Source of the DNA: an uncultured delta proteobacterium
GTDB lineage: Bacteria; Myxococcota_A; Polyangia; Fen-1088
Assembly: GCA_963796685.1 (NCBI GenBank)
Contig: CAWCMR010000006.1
Coordinates: 160,001-224,000 of the forward strand
Length of the DNA: 64,000 nt
Direction of reading: 5' to 3'
A model generated the notes under the pieces. That model saw only the letters and a list, made by a program, of their open reading frames with translations. It ran no database searches and was not told the DNA's origin. The translations under genes and the position numbers were made by a program. Each line of letters begins with the position of its first letter. Position 1 is the first letter of the stretch. Below, piece after piece: positions 10,511-21,488 of this stretch.

Positions 10511-10571
10511 TTCACCGAACGGGTCGGGGTTCTCCGGATCTCAATCCGAACCCTTCATTTCTTCTCATCCG

Positions 10572-10600
10572 TCTCAGTGTTCTCTGTGTCCTCTGTGGTT
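10572..10600. repeat. Short 9-bp periodic REP-like element (CTCAGTGTT CTCTGTGTC CTCTGTGGTT)
   Basis: Three degenerate 9-mers between the convergent prc and ftsH genes. Resembles, from memory, the ACCACAGAG-type repeats seen next to GxxExxY genes. Only one copy in the window. Confidence 0.45.
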
Positions 10601-10645
10601 AGAATCCGGAAATTGCCCGGGTTTCAAACCGTTCGGTGTTCTAAT

Positions 10646-12589
10646 TTAGGAGGCACGTGGTGGGTGGGGCGCCGGAGAGGCGGGGCCGGCGGCGGCGGCG
10701 GCGCGGGCATCGGCGGAGGGCCCGAGAAGCCGCGCGAGCTCCTGCTTGTCGATGGTCTCGTGCGCAAGCAGCTCCGCGACCAGACTGTCGAGAGCCGGGC
10801 GGTGCTCTACCACGACCTTGCGCGCTTCTTCTCTGGCCTCGAGCAGGATCTTGCGCGCCTCTTGCTCGATCATGTGAATGGTAGCGTCGCTGGTGCCACC
10901 GTCCGTGGCGAGGGTTTGGCCGAGAAAGGGATGCTCGGTACGGTGCTCGTAGAACACCGGACCCACGCTTTCCGACATTCCAAAGTGCGCCACCATCTTG
11001 AGCGCCAGGTCGGTGGCGGCCTTGAGGTCGTTCTCCGCACCGGAGGAAGGCGTGCCAAGAACCACGGTCTCCGCCGCGTGCCCACCCATGAGCACGCGCA
11101 GACGCGACTCGATCTCGGGCAGGGTCATGAGATGTTTGTCCGCGGCGGGGGTCTGGTGAGTCACGCCAAGAGCCATTCCGCGGGGAAGGATGCTGATGCG
11201 ATCGAGTGGCTCGGCGTGCTCGGTGAAGTGGGCGAGCACGGCGTGCCCGGACTCGTGAATCGCGACACGTCGCTTTTCCATGGGGTCGAGTCGGGTCTCG
11301 CGCAGATCGCCGAGCACGATCTTGTCGTAGGCCTCGGCGAAGTCGCTGGCGCGGATCATGTCGGCGTGACCACGGGTCGCGGAGAGCGCGGCCTCATTGA
11401 CGAGGTTGGCGAGGTCGGCGCCCGAGAATCCGGGGGTGTTGTCCGCCAGGGAGTCCAGATCGACATCTGCGGCGAGCGGTTTGTTGCGAGCGTGAACGTC
11501 CAGGATCGCCCTTCGAGCGGCGCGCTCGGGTCGGTCGACGAGGATCCTGCGATCGAAGCGCCCCGGGCGCAGGAGCGCGGCGTCGAGCACGTCGGGGCGA
11601 TTGGTCGCCGCCAGCACGATGGTCAGCTCGTTGCGAACGAAGCCGTCCATCTCCGATAGCAGTTGGTTCAGCGTCTGTTCCCGTTCGTCGTGGCCTCCGC
11701 CGAGACCCGTCCCGCGCGAACGACCGATGGCATCGATTTCGTCGATGAACACGATCGAAGGCGCCACCTTCTTCGCGTCTTCGAAGAGCGAGCGCACCCG
11801 CGACGCTCCCACACCCACGAAGAGCTCGATGAATTCCGAAGCGCTGATGGAAAAGAACGGCACGCCTGCCTCGCCGGCCACCGCGCGCGCCAGCATGGTT
11901 TTCCCCGTGCCGGGCGGCCCCACCAGCAGGACCCCGCGTGGCACCCTTCCCCCCAGGCGCTGAAAGCGATCCGGCTCCTTCAAGAACTCGACGATCTCGA
12001 GCAGATCCTGTTTGGCGGACTTGAGCCCGGCGACATCGTCGAACCGGATGGCAACCTGCGCCTCCTTCTCGTAGCGGCGCGTGCGACCCTTGGTGATCGC
12101 CGTAAGCGGGTTCTTGGACAGCATGCCCTGGGCCCGGCGCGAGATCCAAAACCACGCGCCAAGGATGATGATCCAAGGCAGTGCTCCCACCAGGATCTGA
12201 ACGATCAATGGCTGTTCTTCGCTCTTGACGGTGAGCCTCACCCCTTTTTGGCGCAACAGGGGCAGCAGATCGCGGTCTTCCTGGGATGGAAGCAAGGTCG
12301 TGAAGCCGGTGATGGACTTGCCGTCGACGGTCTCGGGGTTCTTCAGCGTGCCGGCGACAGTCTGCCCCTTCATCGTGGCGCTCGCGACCTTGCCGTCGGA
12401 TACCAGGTGGTAGAAATCGGTGTAGGCGATACTGGGGCGCTTCTGCTCGCGCGACGCGAAGTATTGGAACCACATCAATCCGGCGAGAATCGCAAAGGGA
12501 ACGACCCAGTTCTTCCAGGACAGCCCTGGCTGTTTGGGGCCCGTTGGGGGAGTTGGTGGGCTAGGCGTTGGTGAAGTCTCGTTCGGCAT
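10646..12589 (-). CDS. ftsH: ATP-dependent zinc metalloprotease FtsH (probable accessory paralog)
   Basis: Two TM helices, Walker A GPPGTGKT, Walker [35 protein letters not shown] zinc motif. Confidence 0.96.
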   Translation of the reverse strand: MPNETSPTPSPPTPPTGPKQPGLSWKNWVVPFAILAGLMWFQYFASREQKRPSIAYTDFYHLVSDGKVASATMKGQTVAGTLKNPETVDGKSITGFTTLLPSQEDRDLLPLLRQKGVRLTVKSEEQPLIVQILVGALPWIIILGAWFWISRRAQGMLSKNPLTAITKGRTRRYEKEAQVAIRFDDVAGLKSAKQDLLEIVEFLKEPDRFQRLGGRVPRGVLLVGPPGTGKTMLARAVAGEAGVPFFSISASEFIELFVGVGASRVRSLFEDAKKVAPSIVFIDEIDAIGRSRGTGLGGGHDEREQTLNQLLSEMDGFVRNELTIVLAATNRPDVLDAALLRPGRFDRRILVDRPERAARRAILDVHARNKPLAADVDLDSLADNTPGFSGADLANLVNEAALSATRGHADMIRASDFAEAYDKIVLGDLRETRLDPMEKRRVAIHESGHAVLAHFTEHAEPLDRISILPRGMALGVTHQTPAADKHLMTLPEIESRLRVLMGGHAAETVVLGTPSSGAENDLKAATDLALKMVAHFGMSESVGPVFYEHRTEHPFLGQTLATDGGTSDATIHMIEQEARKILLEAREEARKVVVEHRPALDSLVAELLAHETIDKQELARLLGPSADARAAAAAGPASPAPHPPRAS

Positions 12590-12714
12590 GATAGGGCTAA
12601 ACCATGGACCGCCCAGTGCGTGGAATCATGTCCTGCCGGGTCATGGGCGGTCGGCGAAGGTGCATGGCGCATTCCCGCGGTTCGGATAGGCTCTCTTAAG
12701 TTGGGTAGAGAGGC

Positions 12715-14247
12715 ATGCAGGATCTCAGCACCGACCGATCTGTCATTTCATCGCCCAGCGCTGGCTCGCTGCTGGAGGCGTCGGAGCTGGTCGAGCGGGC
12801 CTACACGCGTGCGTCCGGGGCGCCGCTGGTCGAGGGCAACGCGGTTCGCGTGCTCAAGGACGGCGCCGCCAATTACGCGGCTTGGTTCGCCGCTATCCGC
12901 GCGGCCCGCAAGATGGTCCTCTTCGAGAACTACATCATCGAGGACGATGAGGTCGGTCGCGAGCTTGCCTCCGCGCTGATCGATCGTGCTCGGGCCGGGA
13001 TCAAGGTCAGGATGCTGCACGACTGGCTGGGATCGCTCGCGGGCGCCACGCGCCGGTATTGGCGGCGCTTGTCCGCGGCGGGGGTCGAGGTGCGACGGTT
13101 CAATGCACCTCATCTTGGCAGTCCCTTGGGCTGGCTCAGCCGCGATCATCGCAAGACCCTTTCCGTCGACGGGGAAGTGGCCTTCGTGACCGGAGTCTGT
13201 GTAAGCCAGCGCTGGCTCGGAAATCCCGCGCGCAGTATTCCGCCGTGGCGTGATACCGGTCTCGAGATCCGCGGACCCGCCGTCGCGCACATCGAACGCG
13301 CCTTTGCAGACGTGTGGACGGCTGCGGGTGGCAGCATCCCGGAGGGCGAGCTTTCGGATCCGGCCGCCTTTCCGCGCGTCGGCAAGGTTGCGCTGCGGGT
13401 GGTCGCGGACGTCCCCAGCAAGGCCAGGCTCTTTCGCTTGGACCAGCTCATCGCCAGTGCCGCCAAACGGACCCTATGGTTGACGGACGCGTACTTCGTA
13501 GGCTTTGCCCCCTACGTGCAGGCCCTTGGTGCCGCCGCCCAGGATGGCGTCGACGTTCGCTTGCTCGTACCGAGCACCAGCGACATCATGCTGGTCGCCG
13601 CGTTCTCGAGAGCGGGCTACCGGCCGCTGCTCGACGCCGGCGTGCGCATCTTCGAGTGGAACGGATCGATGTTGCACGCCAAGACTGCCGTGGCGGATGG
13701 GCGCTGGGCGCGGGTCGGGTCGTCGAACCTGAATTTGGCCAGCTTCATTTCCAATTACGAGATCGACGTGGCCATCGAGCACGAGGGGCTGGCCATCGAG
13801 ATGGAGGAAATGTTTCTCTCCGACCTGGAGAACGCTACCGAGATCGTGGTCGACGTCAAACGTCGCGTGGTGCCTGGTGCCCAGGTGGTTCCTCGCAGGG
13901 AGCGCGCAAAGGCCGTGTCCCGCGGGGCCTCCGGGCGAGCCGTGGGCGCTGTCCGTTTCGCGCACGCCATGGGAAGCGTCGTCCGGCAGAAGAGATCGCT
14001 GGGGTTCGCGCAGGGCGGCCCCGCGGCGATCTTCGCCGCCATTCTCCTTGCGGGAGCTGCCATCGCGGTCCTTTGGCCGAGGGTGCTGGCGCTACCTCTG
14101 GCAATCTTCATGGCTTGGTCTGGGGTAACCCTCATGCTGCGCGCGCTTCGACTGTGGCGACGCCGAGCACGCCAGCGACGCGAGGGGAAGAGGCCTGTCG
14201 CCCCGCCCGGTCTTGACGGGAAGAGCGCAACCCAAGTACGACGGTAA
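12715..14247 (+). CDS. Cardiolipin synthase-like phospholipase D (ClsB type) with C-terminal TM helices
   Basis: Two HKD motifs: HRKTLSVDG and HAKTAVADG...GSSNLN. Confidence 0.9.
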   Translation: MQDLSTDRSVISSPSAGSLLEASELVERAYTRASGAPLVEGNAVRVLKDGAANYAAWFAAIRAARKMVLFENYIIEDDEVGRELASALIDRARAGIKVRMLHDWLGSLAGATRRYWRRLSAAGVEVRRFNAPHLGSPLGWLSRDHRKTLSVDGEVAFVTGVCVSQRWLGNPARSIPPWRDTGLEIRGPAVAHIERAFADVWTAAGGSIPEGELSDPAAFPRVGKVALRVVADVPSKARLFRLDQLIASAAKRTLWLTDAYFVGFAPYVQALGAAAQDGVDVRLLVPSTSDIMLVAAFSRAGYRPLLDAGVRIFEWNGSMLHAKTAVADGRWARVGSSNLNLASFISNYEIDVAIEHEGLAIEMEEMFLSDLENATEIVVDVKRRVVPGAQVVPRRERAKAVSRGASGRAVGAVRFAHAMGSVVRQKRSLGFAQGGPAAIFAAILLAGAAIAVLWPRVLALPLAIFMAWSGVTLMLRALRLWRRRARQRREGKRPVAPPGLDGKSATQVRR

Positions 14248-14295
14248 CCGAGCGCGCGATTGGCGTGGCAGGATCGTGGCCGTGGAGGCAACTTG

Positions 14296-15672
14296 CTACG
14301 AAGGTTTCTTTTCCGCCGTCACCAGATCGCGCAGCGAGATTCGGTCAAGCACCTTTCGCCCTGCTTCTTCGGACGCCTCGAAGATGGACCGTATCTTTTC
14401 GTGGAGCGGGGTGAGCTCGAGCCTGAAGGTGTCGCCGTCCCGCCAGCGCAGCACCTGCTGGATCTGGTACAGCGTGATTTGTTCCAAGCTTTGCTCCGGT
14501 CTGAAACCGCCCTCATGCTTGCCGCTGCATTCTTCGAGCAGATCGTGAGCGACCATCACCTCGGTCACCTGCTGGATGAGGGTGCTCATGGTGTCCAGGC
14601 GCCGCGTGAGCGTCTCCACGGTGGGTGGGCGCTCCTTGCGTTCGAATGCCTCCGCCACAACGGCCATGATTCGCACGGCCAATAGCTCCTTGAAACCCGA
14701 GCACATGCGAATATCGCGCGCTTCCAACCCCTCGGTGGTCACCGACTGGTTGGCAAAGGCGTAGGTGGCTCCGAACAGCACGAGGATCCAGCTCAAGTAG
14801 ATCCAGATCATCAGGACGGGAAGGGCGCTCAGCGCGCCGTAGACGGCACTGTACTTGAGAGAGTTGGCCGCGAACGCGATGAAGAGCATCTTGAGCAGGC
14901 TCCAGAGCACACCGGCCACCACGCCGCCCAGCAAAGCCGCACGAAGACGCACACGGGTGTTGGGGACAATGAGGTAGCTGAAGGTGAAGGCCAAGCAGAC
15001 GGTCAAGACCGTCGTCAAGGAGACGAGCCAGCGCCCGAGATCGAACGGCAGCCAGTTCATCAGGGTGGTGGCGTAGGCGTGGCTCTGTAGGCGCGCGCTG
15101 AGCGACAAGGCGACGCCCAGCAACGGCGGGGTAAGGGTGAGCAGCAGCCAGTACATCATCACTCGCTGCAGAAGCGAGCGCCCACGTCGAATCTGCCAGA
15201 TACGGTTGAAGGCCCCCTCGATGTTGGTCAAAAGGCCGATGGCTGAATAGAAGAGAAAGACCACTCCGACGCCTGCGATGGCGCCCGCACTGACGTTGGA
15301 AATGAATTTGTCCAGCCATTGTCCGACCTCCTCGGCCCGCCCTGCGGCCAAGTTCTCCAGGACGAGATTGCGCAAGGGCGCCTGGTACTTCTTCAGTCCC
15401 CCGAATCCCTGAAAGATGGCGAAGCCGACGGCCATCAGCGGTACCAGGGAGACCATGGTGTGATAGGTGAGAGCGGCGGCCCGTCGCGTGATCTCGTCCC
15501 TGACCACGCTGCGTGCGGTGACCACGAACACCTGAAACTGCCGTATCCCAAAGGCCCTCATTCCTGTTTTGCGGCGATAGGGCAGCGCCCAGGAATGCAG
15601 AAAGCCCGGATCCCAGAAGCGGGTGAGGAGGCCAACCCAGGAGACACGGCGTTTCCGCTGATCGTTCGACAT
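14296..15672 (-). CDS. YihY/virulence factor BrkB-family membrane protein with C-terminal wHTH-like extension
   Basis: RAAALTYHT.VSLVP, IEGAFNRIW and YSAVYGALSALP...WIYLSWILVLFGA motifs. GAGG RBS before ATG 15672. Confidence 0.9.
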   Translation of the reverse strand: MSNDQRKRRVSWVGLLTRFWDPGFLHSWALPYRRKTGMRAFGIRQFQVFVVTARSVVRDEITRRAAALTYHTMVSLVPLMAVGFAIFQGFGGLKKYQAPLRNLVLENLAAGRAEEVGQWLDKFISNVSAGAIAGVGVVFLFYSAIGLLTNIEGAFNRIWQIRRGRSLLQRVMMYWLLLTLTPPLLGVALSLSARLQSHAYATTLMNWLPFDLGRWLVSLTTVLTVCLAFTFSYLIVPNTRVRLRAALLGGVVAGVLWSLLKMLFIAFAANSLKYSAVYGALSALPVLMIWIYLSWILVLFGATYAFANQSVTTEGLEARDIRMCSGFKELLAVRIMAVVAEAFERKERPPTVETLTRRLDTMSTLIQQVTEVMVAHDLLEECSGKHEGGFRPEQSLEQITLYQIQQVLRWRDGDTFRLELTPLHEKIRSIFEASEEAGRKVLDRISLRDLVTAEKKPS

Positions 15673-15837
15673 GGTGGTCCTCTCTTCATACGCCAAGCAC
15701 GGCGCGTTGGGGGCATTCGCGAAGCCCGAGCATGGAAAGTGGCGAACCTTTCACAGCTGTAAGGCTCCGGAAAGACTCCGGCATGGATTGACCTTCCATG
15801 CTTGTTCTCGTCAATCGGACAACAAGGAGAACAAGCC

Positions 15838-16914
15838 ATGGACGCCTCGCCAGATTCCAACTCGATTCGCGCCAACCCGGTCAACACCAATGCGTTCGAC
15901 GCCGACCACGGTCGGGGTGGATGGCACGGGGATGTGCAACAGATCCAGAAAGAGGTGCTCGAGTCGGCCGGTTGGGTGTCCTCGCTGCAGACGGAAATCG
16001 CTCGGGTCATCGTCGGGCAGCGCTATTTGGTCGACCGCCTGATCGTTGGACTCCTGACCAGCGGGCACCTCCTGCTCGAAGGCGTGCCAGGGCTGGCCAA
16101 GACCCTGGCGCTCAAGACCCTGGCCCAGACGCTCGACGGCGCGAAGTTTCGCAGGATTCAGTTCACGCCCGACATGTTGCCCGCCGACGTCGTCGGCACC
16201 ATGATCTACAACCCGATCCAAGGCAGTTTCCAAACCAAGCACGGTCCCATCTTCTCGAATCTGGTGCTCGCCGACGAGATCAACCGCGCACCGGCCAAGG
16301 TGCAATCGGCCCTGCTCGAAGCGATGCAGGAGCGCCAGGTGACCCTGGGCGAGGAATCCTATCGCCTGCCCGATCCGTTCATGGTGATGGCGACGCAAAA
16401 CCCCATCGAACAGGAGGGCACCTATCCCTTGCCTGAGGCGCAGACCGACCGCTTCCTGCTCAAGCTCGTCATCAACTACCCATCCAAATCGGAAGAGCGC
16501 GCGATTCTCGATGCCATGGCGACCAGCGAGCCCAAGCTCGCCGTGGATCCGATCGTCTCGATTCCGCAGCTCGCGCATGCGCGCGGCGTGGTCAACGAGA
16601 TCTACGTCGACGACAAGATCCGCGACTACATCGTGGACATCGTGACCGCGACGCGCGCGCCGGCCAGCTACGACCTGCCTCTCGCCGACTATGTCCTCTT
16701 CGGCGCATCCCCGCGTGCCACCATCTCGTTGACCCTGGCCGCGCGCGCGTGGGCGTTCATGCACGGACGTGGCTACGTCATTCCTTCCGACGTGAAGACC
16801 CTGGCCCCGGACGTACTGCGACACCGGCTCGGCCTGACCTACGAGGCGGAGGCGGAGAACGTTCAGGCCGACGATCTGGTCGCCAAGATCCTGGCCGCAT
16901 TGCCCAACCCGTGA
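15838..16914 (+). CDS. moxR: MoxR-family AAA+ ATPase
   Basis: GHLLLEGVPGLAKT, RIQFTPD, LADEINRAPAKVQSALLEAMQE, ATQNPIEQEGTYPLPEAQ.DRF. AAGGAG RBS. Confidence 0.96.
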   Translation: MDASPDSNSIRANPVNTNAFDADHGRGGWHGDVQQIQKEVLESAGWVSSLQTEIARVIVGQRYLVDRLIVGLLTSGHLLLEGVPGLAKTLALKTLAQTLDGAKFRRIQFTPDMLPADVVGTMIYNPIQGSFQTKHGPIFSNLVLADEINRAPAKVQSALLEAMQERQVTLGEESYRLPDPFMVMATQNPIEQEGTYPLPEAQTDRFLLKLVINYPSKSEERAILDAMATSEPKLAVDPIVSIPQLAHARGVVNEIYVDDKIRDYIVDIVTATRAPASYDLPLADYVLFGASPRATISLTLAARAWAFMHGRGYVIPSDVKTLAPDVLRHRLGLTYEAEAENVQADDLVAKILAALPNP

Positions 16915-16923
16915 GAGGCGACG

Positions 16924-17841
16924 ATGGAAAGCGATATCAGCAATATCAAGGAGATCCTGAAGCAGGTCCGGCTCATCGACATTCGTACGCGACGGCTTGC
17001 CACCGATGCCCTGGCCGGGCAATTCCATTCGATGTTCCGCGGCCGGGGCATGGACTTCGAAGAGGTGCGCGAATACGTGCCGGGCGATGAGGTACGCACC
17101 ATCGACTGGAACGTGACCGCCCGGGCCGGGCGTCCGTTCGTCAAGAAATACCGCGAAGAGCGCGAGCTCACGATCCTGCTCGCGGTCGACGTGAGCGCCT
17201 CGGGGGATTTCGGCTCGGTCGAGCACACCAAGCGCGAGATCGAGGCGGAGATCGCCTGCGTCTTGGCGCTCTCCGCGGTTCGCAACAACGACAGGGTCGG
17301 CCTGGTCTTGTTCTCCGACCAAATCGAGACCTTCGTTCCACCGCGCAAGGGACGCCAGCACGTGCTGCGCATCGTGCGCGAGGTGCTGAGCTGCGAGCCC
17401 AATCGGCGCGGCACGGATGTCGCGCACGCGCTCGACTTCATCAATGCCGTGACCAGGAGGCGGGCCATGGTGTGCGTGCTTTCTGATTTTCAGAGCGCTG
17501 GCGATCCAAGCCAGGCGCTGTCCACGCTGCGCCGGTCGTTGCGGATGATCAGACGCCGGCACGATCTCGTGGCCCTGCACGTGAACGATCCGCGCGAGCG
17601 CAATCTTCTCGCGGTGGGTCTGCTGGCCATGGAGGACGCGGAGACGGGCGAGATGATCGAGATCGACACCGGCTCGGCCAAAGTGCGTGAACGCTTCGCG
17701 GAGCGTGCCCGCGAGCGCGACGCGCGGCTCGCGCGAGTTCTGCGCGGCGAATCGGTCGACAGCGTCGAGGTGGACACGTCGGTGCCGTACCTTCCGGTCT
17801 TGATCTCGCTGTTTCGCTCGCGACGGGGGAGGCCGCGATGA
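16924..17841 (+). CDS. DUF58 domain protein (MoxR partner)
   Basis: GRGMDFEEVREYVPGDEVRTIDWNVTAR, VDVSAS. Confidence 0.93.
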   Translation: MESDISNIKEILKQVRLIDIRTRRLATDALAGQFHSMFRGRGMDFEEVREYVPGDEVRTIDWNVTARAGRPFVKKYREERELTILLAVDVSASGDFGSVEHTKREIEAEIACVLALSAVRNNDRVGLVLFSDQIETFVPPRKGRQHVLRIVREVLSCEPNRRGTDVAHALDFINAVTRRRAMVCVLSDFQSAGDPSQALSTLRRSLRMIRRRHDLVALHVNDPRERNLLAVGLLAMEDAETGEMIEIDTGSAKVRERFAERARERDARLARVLRGESVDSVEVDTSVPYLPVLISLFRSRRGRPR

Positions 17842-18488
17842 AATTCCGCGCGTTGCCCACGATCTTGCTGCTCGCCGGTCTGCTTGGAACGACACGACCG
17901 TGGGCGGCGACGGTGGTAGCCCCAGGGTTGGCCGCGGCGCCGGCTGGGCGGGCGTCCGTGCCGTCCTCCGCGACGGAAGACATCCGCGACGTTCGCGGTC
18001 CGATTCCGATCCCGCCGTGGTGGCGCTGGTGGGCGGTGGCCGGAGGCGCGGTGTTGTTGCTCGGCCTCGCAGGGGTGACGGTGGTGATCGTGCGGCGGCG
18101 GCATGCGAAGCCGGTTGCCCCGCACGAGCGGGCGTTGCTGCGCCTCGAACAGGCGCAACCGCTGGCGGCGGCGGGACAGGTGCGTGAATACGCCGGAGTC
18201 GCCTCCGATGCTGTTCGTGACTATATCGAGGAGCGCTTCTTGTTGCGCGCGGCCCACGTGACGACCGAGGAGTTTTTCGACGACATCCTGGCGCCCGCGA
18301 ATGCGGTGCTGGGTACGCACCGGGATGCCTTGCTCAGGTTTCTCGGGGCCTGCGACTTGGCGAAGTTCGCGCGCCTGCCGCTTCCCAGGGAGCAGATGAT
18401 TTCGCTCAACGATCTGGCGCGCCGGTTCGTGCTCGAGACCGCCTCGAGCTCGGCCGAACGCAAACCCGCACCCGTGAGGCCGTCATGA
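17838..18488 (+). CDS. bat-operon membrane protein (DUF4381-like)
   Basis: DIRDVRGP then a TM helix, YIEERF, TTEEF, DLAKFA. Typical position between DUF58 and batA. Confidence 0.75.
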   Translation: MKFRALPTILLLAGLLGTTRPWAATVVAPGLAAAPAGRASVPSSATEDIRDVRGPIPIPPWWRWWAVAGGAVLLLGLAGVTVVIVRRRHAKPVAPHERALLRLEQAQPLAAAGQVREYAGVASDAVRDYIEERFLLRAAHVTTEEFFDDILAPANAVLGTHRDALLRFLGACDLAKFARLPLPREQMISLNDLARRFVLETASSSAERKPAPVRPS

Positions 18489-19483
18489 GCCTGTTCGAGA
18501 ATCCGCATCTTCTGTGGGCGCTCGCCCTTTTGCCCGTGCTCGCCCTGTGGCTGGGCCGACAAGGTGCGCGGCCAGCCGTCAATTACTCGAGCGTCGCCAC
18601 CGCGCGCGAGGTCGCACGCACGACGCGCAGCCGTTGGGGACGATTGCTGCGCGTGGCGCGCTGGGTGGGACTGGGCTTGCTCATCGTCGGCCTGGCGCGC
18701 CCGCGGCTCGGGCATGCCTCGACGGAGGTGCAGGCGAGTGGTGTCGATCTGGTGCTCGCGGTCGACATCTCGGGCTCGATGCAGGCCCTCGATCTGACCG
18801 AGGGGGGCAAGCCGCGAAGTCGGCTCGACGTCGTGAAAGACGTCGTTGCCAAGTTCATCAAGGGCCGGCCGAACGACCGCATCGCCCTGGTGGCGTTTTC
18901 GGCCGAGCCGTATCTCATGAGCCCGCTCACCCTCGACCACGATTGGTTGCTCCAGAACCTCGACCGATTGCGGCCCGGCATGATCAAGGACGGCACGGCC
19001 ATCGGCTCGGCGCTCGCCGCGAGCATCAATCGCCTGCGCGACCAGAAGTCGAAATCCAAGCTGGTGGTCTTGCTCACCGATGGACAGAACAATGCCGGCA
19101 AGATTGACCCGGCTCTGGCTGCGCAGGCCGCTCGGACCCTTGGCGTCAAGGTCTACACCATCGGGGTTGGTAGCAAGGGCGAGGCCCCCATGCCCATCAC
19201 CGACGACCACGGCAACACCCACATCGTCATGACCAAGGTGGACGTGGACGAGGGGCTACTCGAGGATATCGCGGCCACCACGGGCGGGAGGTTCTATCGC
19301 GCCACCGATGCCGGGTCGCTCGCTCGCATCTACGGTGCCATCGACAGCTTGGAAAAGACCACGCGAACGCTCAAGCGTTACCAGGATCAGGAAGAGCGTT
19401 TCGCCTGGCTGGTCTTGCCCGGGATGCTGCTTCTGACCGGCGAAATAGGTCTTGGACTCACGCGTTTCAAGAGGATCCCATGA
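18485..19483 (+). CDS. batA: BatA-like vWA domain protein
   Basis: F.NP..LW N-terminus, LARP, MIDAS DISGSM, GTAIG, LLTDG.NNAG. Confidence 0.92.
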   Translation: MSLFENPHLLWALALLPVLALWLGRQGARPAVNYSSVATAREVARTTRSRWGRLLRVARWVGLGLLIVGLARPRLGHASTEVQASGVDLVLAVDISGSMQALDLTEGGKPRSRLDVVKDVVAKFIKGRPNDRIALVAFSAEPYLMSPLTLDHDWLLQNLDRLRPGMIKDGTAIGSALAASINRLRDQKSKSKLVVLLTDGQNNAGKIDPALAAQAARTLGVKVYTIGVGSKGEAPMPITDDHGNTHIVMTKVDVDEGLLEDIAATTGGRFYRATDAGSLARIYGAIDSLEKTTRTLKRYQDQEERFAWLVLPGMLLLTGEIGLGLTRFKRIP

Positions 19484-21483
19484 CGATTCATTCCGTCACC
19501 TTCGTGCATCCCATCTGGCTGCTCGGCGGCCTCTTTCTCGCCGTGTCGATCCTCGTCCTCGGCGCGCGGCTCGACGGCAAACGTAGACTCGCCCTGGCCG
19601 CGTTCAGCTCGCGTCGCAAGGGCCCGACCTCGACGCTGTCCCGTGTGCGTCGTGTTTTCAAGAGGGCGCTGCTCGTCGTCGGGGTGTTGCTCGGTTGCGC
19701 GGCCTTGGCGCGACCCCAATGGGGTATTCGCTGGGAAGAGGCTCACCGCCGCGGGCTCGATTTGCTGTTCGCGCTCGACACCTCGAAGAGCATGCTGACG
19801 CCGGATCTCGAGCCGGATCGACTTACGCGGGCCAAGCTGGCCATTCGCGATCTGGTGGCGAAGTTCGATGGCGATCGGGTGGGGCTCGAGGCCTTTGCCG
19901 GAGACGCATTCCTGCAGTGCCCGCTCACGCTCGATCGCGGCGTGTTCGATCAGACCCTCGATGCCATCGACACTTCGACGATTCCCCGCGGGGGGACCGA
20001 CATCGGACGCGCCATCGAGGTGGCGCGCGCGGCGCTGCACAACCAGCCCGCGAACCACAAGCTACTCGTCTTCCTCACCGACGGCGAGGATCTGGAAAAC
20101 CACGCCATCGAGGCGGCCCGCGCGGCCTCGGCCGACGGCATCCACATCTACACCGTCGGTGTCGGAACGCAACGTGGCGAATTGATTCCACTCCCGGGCG
20201 GACCTGGCCAGTTCGTGCGCGACGAAAAGGGAGCCTTCGTACGCTCCAGGCTCGACGAAAATACCTTGCAAGCCATCGCGCGGGTGACGGGGGGAGACTA
20301 CCGGCGGCTGGGCGTGGATGGACGCGGGCTCGAGGGGCTGTACCGGGACGTCCTGGCCAAATTGCCACCCGAAAATCTCAAGTCGCGCATGCACCAGATC
20401 CCCATCGAGCGCTTCCAATGGCCGCTCGGATTCTCGATCTTCTGCCTGGCGCTGGAACCGCTGGTCGGCGAGCGCCGCCGGCGTCGGCATTTCGAGGAGG
20501 AGCCGGAGAAGCGATGGCTGAAGCTCACGACGCTGCGGCGCAGGGCGGTCACCACCCTGGCGGTGGCATTGGCCATGACGGCGGCGCAAGCGGCACAAGC
20601 CTCGCCGGGCGATGCCGAACGCGCATACCACGCCGGAAAGTTCAAGCAATCGGCCGAGGAGTACCGGCGTGCCTTGGCACGCGCGCCGGGCGACGTGAAG
20701 CTCGAGTACGACCTCGGCGTCGCGGCCTACAAGAGCGGCGAGTACGCGAAGTCGGACGATGCCCTCCGTCGTTCCCTGCGCTCGGATCGCCTCGATCTGC
20801 AAGAGAACGCCTACTACGACCTCGGCAACGTCCTTTACCGAGTCGGCCAAGAGACCGTCGCGAAGCAACCCGAGGTGACGATGGAGAAATGGAAGAACGC
20901 CATCGCGTCGTACGAGTCGGCGCTGAAGCTGAATGCGAAGGATCAAGACGCCGTCTACAACCGCGATCTCGTGAAGCGAAGATTGGCAGCGCTCGAAGAG
21001 CAGCAGAAGCAGCAGAAGCAGGAGGAATCGAAAGGCGAGAAGAAGAAGGACGACAGAAACAAGTCCGGCAACTCCGGTCAACAGGGCAAACCGGACCAGT
21101 CCGCAAAGCAAGGCCAGAAGAACCAACAGGATCGGCAGGGCAAGCAGGGCAAGCAGGGAGAGCAGGGCAAGCAGGGAGAGCAGGGAAAGAATGACAAGGG
21201 CCAGCAGGACCAGAAGAGCTCTTCGAATTCCGGACAGTCGCAGCAGGGGACGGCCCAGCAAAGGCCCGCGGCGGGGTCGCCCGGCCAGTCAGAGCCCGGC
21301 AAACCGAACGCGGGCGCCGAGGCGAACGCGGATCGGAAGGAGCCGGAGGTTCCAGGCAAGCTTTCCAAGAACGATGCGCGGGAGCTTCTCGACGCTGCCC
21401 GCGGAGACGAAAGACTGATGCCCCTGGTGCCCGCCGGTCAGAACCGTCCGCACACCGAGGATGAGGTCAGAAAGGATTGGTGA
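19480..21483 (+). CDS. batB: BatB-BatC fusion (vWA + TPR + Gln/Lys-rich linker)
   Basis: LARPQWG, DTSKSM, LTDGED vWA, then TPRs (YDLGVAAY, YYDLGNVLY), QGK/QGE repeats and the BatC-type ...KDW C-terminus. Confidence 0.88.
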   Translation: MTIHSVTFVHPIWLLGGLFLAVSILVLGARLDGKRRLALAAFSSRRKGPTSTLSRVRRVFKRALLVVGVLLGCAALARPQWGIRWEEAHRRGLDLLFALDTSKSMLTPDLEPDRLTRAKLAIRDLVAKFDGDRVGLEAFAGDAFLQCPLTLDRGVFDQTLDAIDTSTIPRGGTDIGRAIEVARAALHNQPANHKLLVFLTDGEDLENHAIEAARAASADGIHIYTVGVGTQRGELIPLPGGPGQFVRDEKGAFVRSRLDENTLQAIARVTGGDYRRLGVDGRGLEGLYRDVLAKLPPENLKSRMHQIPIERFQWPLGFSIFCLALEPLVGERRRRRHFEEEPEKRWLKLTTLRRRAVTTLAVALAMTAAQAAQASPGDAERAYHAGKFKQSAEEYRRALARAPGDVKLEYDLGVAAYKSGEYAKSDDALRRSLRSDRLDLQENAYYDLGNVLYRVGQETVAKQPEVTMEKWKNAIASYESALKLNAKDQDAVYNRDLVKRRLAALEEQQKQQKQEESKGEKKKDDRNKSGNSGQQGKPDQSAKQGQKNQQDRQGKQGKQGEQGKQGEQGKNDKGQQDQKSSSNSGQSQQGTAQQRPAAGSPGQSEPGKPNAGAEANADRKEPEVPGKLSKNDARELLDAARGDERLMPLVPAGQNRPHTEDEVRKDW

Positions 21484-21488
21484 GAACC

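Noticed and set aside
21136-21190. 9-bp CAGGGCAAG/CAGGGAGAG tandem repeats
   Set aside because: They encode the ordinary low-complexity Gln/Gly/Lys linker of BatC-type proteins.
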